In this document: positions 27,990 through 37,374 of the stretch, piece after piece | How positions within the stretch are numbered: position 1 is the stretch's first letter | Layout: each line of letters begins with the position of its first letter | Assembly: GCA_016208495.1 (NCBI GenBank) | Contig: JACQXX010000072.1 | Coordinates: 1 to 64,000 of the forward strand | DNA from: Acidobacteriota bacterium | Lineage (GTDB): Bacteria > Acidobacteriota > Blastocatellia > Chloracidobacteriales > Chloracidobacteriaceae | DNA length: 64,000 nucleotides | Direction: 5' to 3' | The notes under the pieces: model-generated | Told to the model about the DNA's origin: nothing | Seen by the model: the letters and a program-made list of their open reading frames with translations, nothing else | Databases searched by the model: none | Program-made: the position numbers and the translations under genes

Positions 27990-28385
27990 GAAGCGAAGTA
28001 GCGAAAAAGAAGCGAGTGGTGAGTAGCGAGTAGCGAGTAGTCAACCGTTGGGTACTTCAAATGGTTTGTTGTTTTGGTGAGCAGGAAGACCCAAATTGAA
28101 TAATTCAGATTTTAGGGAGTCGGATGGAAATATCATACCACCAGGGTTCAGGGTTCAGGGTTCAGGGTTCAGGGTTCAGGGCCAGATACTCCACGTTGAG
28201 CGGTACCCGCCAGTTCCCCCGTCTTCATCTTGAGTGGGATCAGTCAACTCATCGCCGAAACCCTGAACCCTGACCCCTAACCCCGCTGAACCCTGAACCC
28301 TGAACCCGATTTCAGTGGGATTTTATTTTCTTCTGGGTCCCTTACTACTCGCTACTCACTACTCACTACTCACTAGCCTTATTTG
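27990..28385. repeat. Large nested inverted-repeat region built from tandem units: (AGTAGCGAGT)n ... (GGGTTCA)5 ... centre ... (GAACCCT)n ... (ACTACTCGCT/ACTCACTACT)n
   Basis: Direct reading. The outer decamer arrays (28008-28040 and 28340-28380) and the inner heptamer arrays (28143-28180 and 28261-28300) are mutually reverse-complementary. Confidence 0.85.
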
Positions 28386-29887
28386 CGTGGCCCTTGCTTC
28401 TCAACCTGGCGTTTGAGGCTGGGAAGACGAAGATTCACTTTTTCAATTTCAAGCTGATTGGTTTGTGGATTGGCTCGTTCGACAAACAACTCGTAGGCTT
28501 TCAGGGCCTGGGCATAGTCTCCCAACCGGTCAAAACAGATTCCCAGAAAGTAGTAGGTCACGGGGACATCTGGGCGTTTCTGGATCATCCACAGAAAGTG
28601 CTGGGCGGCGGTAGGGAATTGTTCAAGTTTGAACAACGCCGTTGCCAGCCCGGCGTGGGCAGCATAACTTTCCGGGTCCTGGTTGAGAATGGTGCGAAAG
28701 CTGGTGGCAGCTTCCTGAAAGCGTTGCGACTTGAGCAAACCGGATGCGACTCCGGCTTGTGCGTCAGGGGAACGGGGGTTGATGGAGAGGGCTTTTTGGT
28801 AGGCATCCAACGCAAGCGCCGGATCGGTGCCTTGTGCCGCATCTCCCAGTTTTACCCACCACGTGGCATTTTTGGGTTCTTGTTTGGTCAACTCGGAATA
28901 CTGTTCGATGGCTTCGGTCGCCCGATTGCCTTCCATCAGTAATTCCCCAAAAGCGGCCCGCAATGGTCCATTGCTTGAATGGTGCTGTAATGCAGTCTGG
29001 GCAAATTGAATTCCATCCTCGGTGAGTTTGGTCGCCCGATAGAGGTCAAGCATATCACGGGCCAAAACCGGATCCGGTTCAATTGTGTACAGGGCCTGAA
29101 AATCGGCCAGTGCTTTGGGGTAATTCTTCTGGCTCAGGTAGGCAACCGCGCGACTCCGCAAGAGAAGTGGTTGAATACCTAATCGGTTGAGACCATCGGA
29201 CAGAGTCTGGAAGGCGCCAGGAGCGTCGCCACTGAGTCGTTGGGCTTCGGCATACACCGCATAAAAGGACGGATCCGCAGGCGGTGTCTGGGCAAGCTCC
29301 TTGAGTAAGGCGAGGGCTTCGGCTGGAGCTTTCCGGACCAGCATGAGTTGGGCCGCGCCAAGGCGGGCAAATCCAAGGGACGAATCAAGTTCAATCGCTC
29401 GCAAAAACGCTTTTTCAGCTTCAATCGGCTTTTTGCACCGGGTCTGGGCTTCACCAAGCATGGCAAATCCGCGAGCAAAATCATCTTGAAGTTCGACACA
29501 GCGGATCAGTGCGGCTGCGGCGTCTTCAAACCGGTTGAGTGAGAGCAGGGCGATGCCGCGCTGGTAATGAACGGCAAACAACTGATCATCGAGTTGCAAT
29601 GCCTCATCATAGAGCTTGATGGCATCGGTGAACTTGCCCTGGGCATGAAAATCCTGACCCGTGTCAAATTTTTGAGCCGCCAGGGCCTGCCGGTCATCGA
29701 GCGATTCACCCAAAGCGGTATCTTCCGAAGCCGCATTCCGGGTTGATTCGACCTTTTTTCCGTTTTTGGGGGAGGACGCACGTTGGGCAATCGCTGAAGT
29801 GGTGGCCAGATTGAACCACCCTGTCAGCGCCAACAGCCAGATGGAAATTTTCCACAAGACACGTTGCGACCTCATCTCATTGACCAA
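28379..29887 (-). CDS. Secreted TPR-repeat protein
   Basis: It has a signal peptide (WLLALTGWFNLATTSAIAQ) and more than 10 recognisable TPR units (AxxxYxxAL / GxAxxLG pattern). Confidence 0.8.
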   Translation of the reverse strand: MVNEMRSQRVLWKISIWLLALTGWFNLATTSAIAQRASSPKNGKKVESTRNAASEDTALGESLDDRQALAAQKFDTGQDFHAQGKFTDAIKLYDEALQLDDQLFAVHYQRGIALLSLNRFEDAAAALIRCVELQDDFARGFAMLGEAQTRCKKPIEAEKAFLRAIELDSSLGFARLGAAQLMLVRKAPAEALALLKELAQTPPADPSFYAVYAEAQRLSGDAPGAFQTLSDGLNRLGIQPLLLRSRAVAYLSQKNYPKALADFQALYTIEPDPVLARDMLDLYRATKLTEDGIQFAQTALQHHSSNGPLRAAFGELLMEGNRATEAIEQYSELTKQEPKNATWWVKLGDAAQGTDPALALDAYQKALSINPRSPDAQAGVASGLLKSQRFQEAATSFRTILNQDPESYAAHAGLATALFKLEQFPTAAQHFLWMIQKRPDVPVTYYFLGICFDRLGDYAQALKAYELFVERANPQTNQLEIEKVNLRLPSLKRQVEKQGPRK

Positions 29888-30057
29888 ACTTTGAAAAACG
29901 CAATAAATGCTGAGTGTTGCGAGTAAAAAAGAGAGTGCGGAAAATGCACGAAAGGCCCTGAAACTCTAGCCCAGATACTGGTATTTGAAAACCCTAAATG
30001 TCGTAAAGAATGCTAGAATTACGGGAAAAATCATCACATTACGAAAGAGCATAGTTC

Positions 30058-30663
30058 ATGCGAAGTTTTTATGTGCTGCGGTCACTGATTGCACCGGCCT
30101 GGGGAAACAAAAATCTGGCCTTTGTTTCGAGTAGTTTAGAGGAAATTCAAGCCAGGTTTGAATCTGAACTTTCAGATCCGTTAAACCTCTATTTGTTTAC
30201 CCAATATCCTGCGACGCTCAGTTTGCGGACCATCCATTTCAACGAAGAAGTTCAAGACATTTACCTGCTGCCATTTGTGAAAATTGAATTACCAGACTAT
30301 CCCGAAATCAGTTTTGACGAGGACGGGCGGGTGATTGGGTTTAGTTTTAAAGAAGACGAGCGCGAAAATTCAGAAAAAGATCAACTCGCCACCAAGTTGT
30401 TTAATCGAGCAATCCACCCAACCCAGGTGATAGTTGATTGGGAAGGGATGGCGATTGTGCCCCTTAAAGGACCGCTCCTGGAGGTGGGCGAATCAACCCG
30501 AGTTTCCGAAGGCGTTGATTGGGAGCGGTATCAGGTCCTGCATTACGGGTTAAATGATTTAGACCAGCAAATCTACTGTGACGACGAAGAAAACTGGCAA
30601 CCGATAGATGCCGAGCCCACTGATGAAGAATTTGACGATGACGGGTTGGAAAGCGAGTATTGA
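30058..30663 (+). CDS. Hypothetical acidic protein (201 aa)
   Basis: The ORF has an ATG start. Its C-terminus is strongly acidic (DDEENWQPIDAEPTDEEFDDDGLESEY). Confidence 0.5.
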   Translation: MRSFYVLRSLIAPAWGNKNLAFVSSSLEEIQARFESELSDPLNLYLFTQYPATLSLRTIHFNEEVQDIYLLPFVKIELPDYPEISFDEDGRVIGFSFKEDERENSEKDQLATKLFNRAIHPTQVIVDWEGMAIVPLKGPLLEVGESTRVSEGVDWERYQVLHYGLNDLDQQIYCDDEENWQPIDAEPTDEEFDDDGLESEY

Positions 30664-30899
30664 AAGCCTGGGGCTGAAGATTCTCGGGCTGAAGACAACG
30701 AGCTGAAGAATGTGGGCTTTAGTTCATGGTAACTGGTGTTTTGGAACTAAAACTTTCCAAGCACCAGAAGTTGCTTAATTCTTAATTCTTCATTCGAAAT
30801 GTTTTCCGGTAGCTCGAAAATCAGGCTAATCCATTGAAAAAATATGCCTTTCCCTGAACCCTGAACCCCGCAACCCTGAACCCTGAAAATATTTAGTGC

Positions 30900-30928
30900 T
30901 TGACATCGGATATCAATCCGGCTACAAA
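30900..30928 (+). promoter_or_regulatory. Candidate sigma-70-type promoter for tRNA-Pro (TTGACA, 17-nt spacer, TACAAA)
   Basis: TTGACA is at 30900-30905 and the -10-like hexamer at 30923-30928, ~38 nt upstream of the tRNA 5' end. Confidence 0.3.
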
Positions 30929-30965
30929 GGGCGACTTCGCTTTTCCATCTGCATTTTTGATTTTT

Positions 30966-31043
<78 letters not shown>

Positions 31044-31087
31044 TTTAGCTTTCTTCTCCCGGCGTCAATTTTCTTCCTCTCGACTCT

Positions 31088-31750
31088 ATGACCCGTTTTG
31101 CATTCTTACTCCCTGGGATTGTCAACAAGGCCAAAGCCTGGGTTGCCTTTCTCAGTCAATGGCTCATAGGATTTGGCGCTTTTGGGATTTTTGCTCTTAC
31201 CCTCATAGATTCCGCCCTCATACCAACCGCTGGTGCTCCTGATCTCGCAATCGTCACATTTTCACTTGCCAAACCTGAACAATGGTGGGTTTTTGCGATT
31301 GCTGCCGCCCTTGGCTCAACGATTGGGTGTTTCATTCTCTACAGTCTGGCACAAAAAGCTGGTGAAAAACTGCTGGCCTCCGTCAGCCAGGATCGTCGCG
31401 CCCGAATTGAAAATTTACTTGGGCGTTGGGATCTCCTGACCCTGATTGTGGCTTCGCTGTTGCCACCACCCTTTCCGTTCAAACCATTTATTATTTGTGC
31501 CGGTGCGGTTCGGTTTAACCGGTTTCGCCTGTTTATCGGTCTGTTGATTGGACGTGGAATCCGCTATGGCGTTCTGGCCTATCTGGCCAGGTACTATGGC
31601 GAGCAAGCGCTGAAACTGATTGCCCAAAACAGCGGCTGGATCTTTCTCGGAGTAGCCGTTCTCGTCCTGGGAATCTGGCTCTATCAGCGTTTTTTTTCAG
31701 GCAAAAACAATGTAATCCCCCCTTCTGAAGCTCATTCGCTGGGTGACTGA
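31088..31750 (+). CDS. DedA/YqaA-family (VTT-domain) inner-membrane protein
   Basis: It is 220 aa with 4-5 predicted TM helices. The G-rich re-entrant-like segment LIGRGIRYGVLAYLARYYG is typical of the DedA/YqaA family. Confidence 0.6.
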   Translation: MTRFAFLLPGIVNKAKAWVAFLSQWLIGFGAFGIFALTLIDSALIPTAGAPDLAIVTFSLAKPEQWWVFAIAAALGSTIGCFILYSLAQKAGEKLLASVSQDRRARIENLLGRWDLLTLIVASLLPPPFPFKPFIICAGAVRFNRFRLFIGLLIGRGIRYGVLAYLARYYGEQALKLIAQNSGWIFLGVAVLVLGIWLYQRFFSGKNNVIPPSEAHSLGD

Positions 31751-31931
31751 AACGCTGCTTGATCACACAAAACCAGACCACTCATATACTTACCGCACTC
31801 ATACTCTTTTATACCTGCATTTTACGGTGGGCCAGCGGTGGCGCGCCGTTCCAGGTCGGTTTTCGTTTGGTCCAGCGTCACGTCTTTCCAGCCTCTCACT
31901 ATCCCATTCAATCTGAAACGGAGAAATTCAC

Positions 31932-32870
31932 GTGGCTAAAAAGACAGTTAAGAAAATTGGCGTCCTGGTCGGGCGCGAACGTTCATTTCCAGACGCATTT
32001 ATTGCTGAAGTCAACTCCCGCAATGCTGGTGTGGTGGCTGAATATTGTTCCCTGGGCGGAACGATTGCCTCAAACACCAGTGAATATGCGGTGATTGTGG
32101 ACCGAATTTCCCATGAAGTCCCCTATTATCAAACATTTCTCAAACATGAAGCCCTCAATGGCTGCCATGTGATCAACAATCCATTTTGGAAACTGGCCGA
32201 CGATAAATTTTTCGGGACCGCCATGGCCGAAAAAATTGGCGTTGCCATTCCCAAAACCGTTGCGTTGCCATCCCAGTCCTATATTGACGACATCACGGCT
32301 GAAAGTCTGTCCAACCTCAAGTTCCCAATTGACTGGCAGGCGATTGTTGATTACACGGGCTTTCCGGCCTACATGAAGCCGCACTGGGGCGGTGGCTGGA
32401 AGCACATTTACAAAGTGAACTCACTGCCGGAATTGTGGAAAGCCTATAATCAGACCGGTACGCTGTGCATGATCCTGCAGGAATCAATTGAATGGGATCA
32501 ATATGTGCGCTGCATCTGCATCGGCAAAAAACATGTGTTGATCACCAACTGGGATCCACGCAAGCCGCACCACCTCCGCTATGACGCCAGCACACCGCTT
32601 CCGCTTGAGTCAGCGCTTGAAAAACGCGTCGTGGCCGATGTGATCAAACTGTGCGAAGCCCTTGGCTATGATATGAACACGGTTGAATTTGCAGTCCGTG
32701 ACGGCATCCCGTATGCCATTGACTTTATGAACACGGCGCCCGACTTTGCCCTCGAATCCATCGGTGAAACCTATTTCAAATGGGTGATTGACACGATGGC
32801 CGACTACACTATCGAATGTGCCAAAAAAGGCACGAAGAAGCCGACGTATCGCTGGGACGCACTTTTGTAA
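31932..32870 (+). CDS. ATP-grasp fold carboxylate-amine ligase (GshB/RimK-like), specificity unknown
   Basis: It has a pre-ATP-grasp N-domain, a central KPHWGGGWKHIYKV nucleotide-binding region and a C-terminal AIDFMNTAPDF metal-binding segment. The start is GTG, with GGAG 9 nt upstream. Confidence 0.6.
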   Translation: MAKKTVKKIGVLVGRERSFPDAFIAEVNSRNAGVVAEYCSLGGTIASNTSEYAVIVDRISHEVPYYQTFLKHEALNGCHVINNPFWKLADDKFFGTAMAEKIGVAIPKTVALPSQSYIDDITAESLSNLKFPIDWQAIVDYTGFPAYMKPHWGGGWKHIYKVNSLPELWKAYNQTGTLCMILQESIEWDQYVRCICIGKKHVLITNWDPRKPHHLRYDASTPLPLESALEKRVVADVIKLCEALGYDMNTVEFAVRDGIPYAIDFMNTAPDFALESIGETYFKWVIDTMADYTIECAKKGTKKPTYRWDALL

Positions 32871-32965
32871 AATGAAGAATGAAGAATGAAGAATGAAGAA
32901 AATAAGAAGTTGAATTTTTTTCTTCATTCTCAATTCTTCATTCTCAATTCTTCACTTTGAGTTCT
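32871..32965. repeat. Inverted tandem arrays (GAAGAATGAA)n ... (TTCATTCTCAATTCTTCA)n
   Basis: Direct reading. Confidence 0.85.
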
Positions 32966-32987
32966 TCATTCTTCATTCAAAAAAACT

Positions 32988-34037
32988 ATGCGACATACAA
33001 TCACTTTGATTCCCGGAGACGGAATTGGACCTGAGGTAACGGCTGCCACCCTGCGTGTGATCGAGGCAGCCGGTGTTGAAATTCGATGGGAGAAATATGC
33101 GGCTGGGGCCGAGGCCCTGGGTCAGTATGGAACGCCGCTCCCCGATAACCTACTGGCCTCAATTCGCCGAACCCGAGTTGCCCTCAAAGGCCCGGTAACG
33201 ACACCCATCGGAACTGGGTTTACCAGCGTCAACGTTGGGTTGCGGAAAGCACTCGATTTGTATGCCAACTTGCGGCCCGTTAAATCATTGCCCGGAGTCA
33301 AATCCCGCTATGAAAACATTGATTTGATTGTAGTTCGGGAAAATACCGAAGACCTGTACTCAGGACTTGAACACGTGGTGGTGCCAGGGGTTGTGGAAAG
33401 TCTGAAGGTGATTACTGAAGTGGCTTCGACCCGCATTTCCCGCTTTGCCTGCGATTACGCCCGCAAACACAAACGTCGCAAGGTGACTGCCGTCCACAAA
33501 GCAAATATTATGAAGCTTTCCGACGGCCTGTTTCTGGATTGCTTCCGCAAGGTAAGTCAGCATTATCCGGAAATCGAACCTGAAGATAAGATTGTTGATA
33601 ATGCCTGTATGCAGTTGGTGATGTATCCGGAAAAGTACGATGTACTGTTGATGGAAAACCTCTATGGCGACATCCTTTCCGATCTGTGTACCGGACTGGT
33701 TGGCGGCCTGGGGGTTGTCCCAGGTGCCAATATTGGCGACAACATGGCGGTCTTTGAAGCTGTTCACGGCAGTGCCCCGGACATTGCCGGGCAAGGATTG
33801 GCCAATCCGACCGCATTGATTATGACCGCCATCATGATGCTGGACCACATCAACGAGATCGAAGCCTCCCGCAACATTGAGAAAGCTTTGTTTGAAGTGT
33901 TGACTGAAGGAAAATCTTTGACCCGTGACCTGGGTGGCAACTCCAGCACAATGCAATTTACCGAAGCCATTGCTTCACGCCTTGAAGCCTGGCGGGCAGA
34001 GAAAGCAGATGAAGCGAAAGAGCGAAAGAGCGAGTAG
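32988..34037 (+). CDS. Isocitrate/isopropylmalate dehydrogenase-family enzyme, most like NAD-dependent isocitrate (or homoisocitrate) dehydrogenase
   Basis: It has LIPGDGIGPEV and NLYGDILSDL plus the metal and substrate ligands typical of beta-decarboxylating dehydrogenases. It is 349 aa. Confidence 0.85.
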   Translation: MRHTITLIPGDGIGPEVTAATLRVIEAAGVEIRWEKYAAGAEALGQYGTPLPDNLLASIRRTRVALKGPVTTPIGTGFTSVNVGLRKALDLYANLRPVKSLPGVKSRYENIDLIVVRENTEDLYSGLEHVVVPGVVESLKVITEVASTRISRFACDYARKHKRRKVTAVHKANIMKLSDGLFLDCFRKVSQHYPEIEPEDKIVDNACMQLVMYPEKYDVLLMENLYGDILSDLCTGLVGGLGVVPGANIGDNMAVFEAVHGSAPDIAGQGLANPTALIMTAIMMLDHINEIEASRNIEKALFEVLTEGKSLTRDLGGNSSTMQFTEAIASRLEAWRAEKADEAKERKSE

Positions 34038-34212
34038 CGAGATAGCGAGTAGCGAGTAGTCAATCAAGAGCGAGTAGCGAGTAGTCAATCCAACCCAAAC
34101 AGTATTTTATCTGTTACCTTCGTAACGAATTGACTGAGTAAGGGATAACCTGAATGACAGTAAGTTTGGATTGACTACTTGCTATCTCGCTATCTCGCTA
34201 CTCGCTTTTGTG
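34026..34212. repeat. Inverted arrays of AGTAGCGAGT / GCGAGATAGC units flanking a ~90-nt unique centre
   Basis: Direct reading. The array overlaps the 3' ends of both convergent genes. Confidence 0.85.
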
Positions 34213-34661
34213 TGCTCAAGTCGAATTTCCCGCTTTATTTCATCCACCACTCGAAAAGTAATCCGCGCACCATTTGGCCAGGAAAATCCTTTCAACCGCT
34301 CACTCCACTCGATGGCCAATACCCCAGGCTGATCAAGGACTTCTTCCAATCCAAGACTCTGCAGCAGGTCCGCACCTTCGGGCAGGCGATATAAATCAAC
34401 GTGATGAAAGAGTAAACGTCCCTCTTCATAGCGATTGACCAGGGTAAAGGTTGGGCTTGAGACCTCGCGTTCGTCCACACCGAGGCCAGCCGCTAACCCT
34501 TTGACAAAGCACGTCTTCCCAGCTCCCAAATCTCCTTCCAGCAAAATCAAAAAGCAGACTCGGGCCATTTCGGGAGTAATCGCCTCCCCAAGTTCATAAC
34601 CCAGATCAAAAGTTGCTTCAGGCGAATCTGAATGAAACGTTCCATTCTCCCAATGTGGCAT
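34182..34661 (-). CDS. tsaE: tRNA threonylcarbamoyladenosine biosynthesis protein TsaE (YjeE-type P-loop ATPase)
   Basis: It has the Walker A motif GDLGAGKT and the downstream SPTFTL motif characteristic of TsaE. The start was chosen at MPHWEN, giving 159 aa. Confidence 0.75.
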   Translation of the reverse strand: MPHWENGTFHSDSPEATFDLGYELGEAITPEMARVCFLILLEGDLGAGKTCFVKGLAAGLGVDEREVSSPTFTLVNRYEEGRLLFHHVDLYRLPEGADLLQSLGLEEVLDQPGVLAIEWSERLKGFSWPNGARITFRVVDEIKREIRLEHTKASSEIAR

Positions 34662-34804
34662 AGTGTGAATTCTTGATTGAAAGAAAAAGGTACAGAGTTC
34701 AAGCTTTCGATTGAACTCTGTACCAATGGCATTGTTGAACAATGAGTGAAGCGACGAGTAGACGATCTGATGCTAACCCAATGGCTAGCCTTCTTCATTC
34801 TGAC

Positions 34805-36922
34805 TTATTCGGGCCGTTTGGCGCCTTCAGGAACCACCGAAATAATAATTCGGCGATGGTTGCCAGCCGCATCTGGACGTGAATCGTCAAAGTTGCGGAC
34901 TTCAACCCGATTGGCATCAATGCCTTTGGAGGTCAGGTAGTCACGCGCTTTTTCGGCCCGAGCCTGAGCCGTGCCGGCTTTTTCACCAGCTTCAGAGTGC
35001 CCGTCAATCACACACACGGCGGTCGGGTCAGATTGCAGTGTACTGGCGACTTCATCAAGCACCGCTTTGCACTGGTTATCAATGCGAGAGATGTTCCTCT
35101 TAAACATCGTGGTGTCACAGGTGAAGGTCCGCACCGGTGGCGGCGGAGGCGGTGCGATGATTTCAACCGTGGTCGAGGCTGGTGCTGAATCACAGGTCTT
35201 ATCGTTGGCCACGACTGACACGGTAATCGTGCCGGCTGACACTCCCTGGGTATTAACCGTGATTTTTGATCCTCTGCCTTCGATGCCTCCGCGAGAAGCC
35301 GTCCATTTGTAGGTCAGTTTGTCATCGTCTTCATCCTTGCCAACTGCCGTGAAGGTAAACGGCTGGTCTGATCCTTCTTTAATTGAAGTTGGAGAAGCCG
35401 AGACGGTCACAGTTGGGCAATGATTGACTTTTTCGACGATGACCGAGACTTCTTTGTTGACCGAATGGCCGCACGAATCTGCGACGTTGACGGTAATCAA
35501 CACGTTTCCAGGCGCCGTAATGCCCGGCGTCCAGGTAACGGATGTGCCTTCGCCTTTTAAGTCGCCACTGGTGGCAAACCAGCGATAGGTCAGCGTGGAA
35601 TCCGCCGCATCCGGGTCGGTGGCGGTCACCGTGGCGGTCACAACGTCTTTGCTCTTTTCTTTGACGGCAAGTTTGTCAGCCGAGAGCGTAACTGTTGGGG
35701 CGACGTTGCCCAGACAAGGATCGGGTTTTTCGATCTTGCGATAGCCCAGGGTCACATGACCAACCATGCCGTGGAAATCACCACCATCTGCCCGGCGGTC
35801 ATTGGAATTGGTCAGCATATAGCGATACGCACCGCCAAAGCTGAAGAACGTTTTGTGCTTTTTGCCAAACGGCACAAACCGGGCGCCAACGGTCACATCC
35901 AGAGGATTGACTGGATTGAGGTTTGGCGTCCCGCTACCAAAGTAATTGGTTGAAACCAGTTCCGATACAAACTGCACCCGATCATTGAAGGGAATATCCA
36001 CCGCGACCGAGGCAATGGCTTTGTTCCGTCGGTCAACGTAGGTAAAGCGATCTTCCGGGTCACCCGTTTTGACCAGGCCAAAGTTCATGCTGACGGTGGC
36101 CAGTTTAAAGCGTGGCGTGACGGCCAGAATGCCGCCAAAATCAATGTCTCCGGCACCGCTTCCGCTGACGATTCCCCCACCTAACCCATCACGAAAAACC
36201 GATTCAGCGGTAAAGGACGGGATATCCACAAACCCAATCAAGGCAAAGCCGACCGGGGCATCCTGGCTGTTGAGCCGGTATTTCATCCCAACCGTGGTAT
36301 TGCCGACTTTGTGCTTGCTGCGTCCAAAGAATGGATAGTCATTGAGATAGCCGGGAACTGTCCCGAACGTGCCGGGCGCGCCGGGTAAAATTCCCCCGAC
36401 CGTGGCACCCGTTAACGGAATTTGCACTACATTCCCTTGCCGACCTGGCGTGAAAGTGACTGTACCAACAACAAGAGATGTAAACCCTGGATAAGAAATA
36501 AAAGGTACTCCATCAGGGTTGCCGCCAGCATAGGTGGGAGTCGCAAATCGCCCAGGATTGACAACATTGGGAAGATAAAACCCGCTAATTCCAGTGACTT
36601 CCGAGGTCGAAAGTTGTTGCCGAAAGATAGATGAGGCAAACAGTTCGATTCGATCCGTCAGCCCCACACCGACGTTGAGGATGTTCTGACTGATGTCCAC
36701 ATCGCCTGGGTCACGGTCGAAGTTGTTGTAAAAGTAGGAAACATTAAACTCACCGCGTTTCAACGTTGAGGCGTCATACACGGAAAATAGTCCCGTTCCA
36801 CCTGTCACGGTTGCCTGCGTGCTGCGGTTTTTTTCACGTTGCGTTTCCTGTGCTGTCACGCAGGTACAACAGACCAGGAAGCCTAAAACCAAAACGGCCA
36901 GTTTTTGTGCAAATCGTTTCAT
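34805..36922 (-). CDS. Outer-membrane protein: N-terminal beta-barrel-like region, tandem Ig-like (PKD/BIG-type) domains and a C-terminal OmpA-like peptidoglycan-binding domain
   Basis: It has the signal peptide MKRFAQKLAVLVLGFLVCCTCVTAQE. The C-terminus (NQCKAVLDEVAS...CVIDGHSEAGEKAGT...RVEVRNFDD) is OmpA_C-like. There are repeated TYKWTAS/TYRWFAT Ig-like modules. AAGAGGAAA lies upstream of the ATG. Confidence 0.7.
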   Translation of the reverse strand: MKRFAQKLAVLVLGFLVCCTCVTAQETQREKNRSTQATVTGGTGLFSVYDASTLKRGEFNVSYFYNNFDRDPGDVDISQNILNVGVGLTDRIELFASSIFRQQLSTSEVTGISGFYLPNVVNPGRFATPTYAGGNPDGVPFISYPGFTSLVVGTVTFTPGRQGNVVQIPLTGATVGGILPGAPGTFGTVPGYLNDYPFFGRSKHKVGNTTVGMKYRLNSQDAPVGFALIGFVDIPSFTAESVFRDGLGGGIVSGSGAGDIDFGGILAVTPRFKLATVSMNFGLVKTGDPEDRFTYVDRRNKAIASVAVDIPFNDRVQFVSELVSTNYFGSGTPNLNPVNPLDVTVGARFVPFGKKHKTFFSFGGAYRYMLTNSNDRRADGGDFHGMVGHVTLGYRKIEKPDPCLGNVAPTVTLSADKLAVKEKSKDVVTATVTATDPDAADSTLTYRWFATSGDLKGEGTSVTWTPGITAPGNVLITVNVADSCGHSVNKEVSVIVEKVNHCPTVTVSASPTSIKEGSDQPFTFTAVGKDEDDDKLTYKWTASRGGIEGRGSKITVNTQGVSAGTITVSVVANDKTCDSAPASTTVEIIAPPPPPPVRTFTCDTTMFKRNISRIDNQCKAVLDEVASTLQSDPTAVCVIDGHSEAGEKAGTAQARAEKARDYLTSKGIDANRVEVRNFDDSRPDAAGNHRRIIISVVPEGAKRPE

Positions 36923-36944
36923 GAAATATTTCCTCTTGAAGTTG

Positions 36945-37075
36945 AAAAAATAGGGCTGAAAAAACCAGGGCTGAAGAAGTTGGACTGAAGACATTGGGCC
37001 AGGGGGCTGAGGGCTGAAGATAAGGGCTGAAGACGTCAGGCTGAAGAAAACGGGTGAAATCAATCCTAACACTAC
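36945..37075. repeat. Tandem GGCTGAAGA-type nonamer array (inverted partner copies at 37318-37360)
   Basis: Direct reading. The arrays flank the multi-hairpin element at 37090-37315. Confidence 0.85.
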
Positions 37076-37089
37076 AACGAGGTTTTAAT

Positions 37090-37315
37090 AAAAAACCGGG
37101 TCTTAAGCCCAGGAACTGGGTGGCAGGCATGTAGCCCAGAGTGCAACCCTGGGACCAACGGCCTGCTCTCCCTCCCCGCCGGCAACCGCCTACGGCGGTT
37201 GCCGGCGGGGAGGGAGAAATTGGGGATGACCGTCAACCCAGGGTTTCGAAGACTCCACCCTGGGCTACATGCCATCACCCGCTTCGCAGGTTAAAACCGA
37301 AACCTCGTTGTAGTA
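37090..37315. repeat. Palindromic multi-hairpin element (MITE-like). Outer arms GGCATGTAGCCCAG...CCCTGGG / CCCAGGG...CTGGGCTACATGCC, with a 23-bp perfect central hairpin CTCCCTCCCCGCCGGCAACCGCC-TAC-GGCGGTTGCCGGCGGGGAGGGAG
   Basis: Direct reading. It is related to the elements at 47040-47250 and 8941-8957 (shared CGCCCAGTTCCTGGGCT and CCCAGGGTT..CCCTGGGCTAC.TGCC blocks). Confidence 0.7.
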
Positions 37316-37374
37316 CTAAGCCCGATGTCTTCAGTCCCAAGCCCTGAGCCCTGGTTTTTTCAGCCCGTTAGTCT

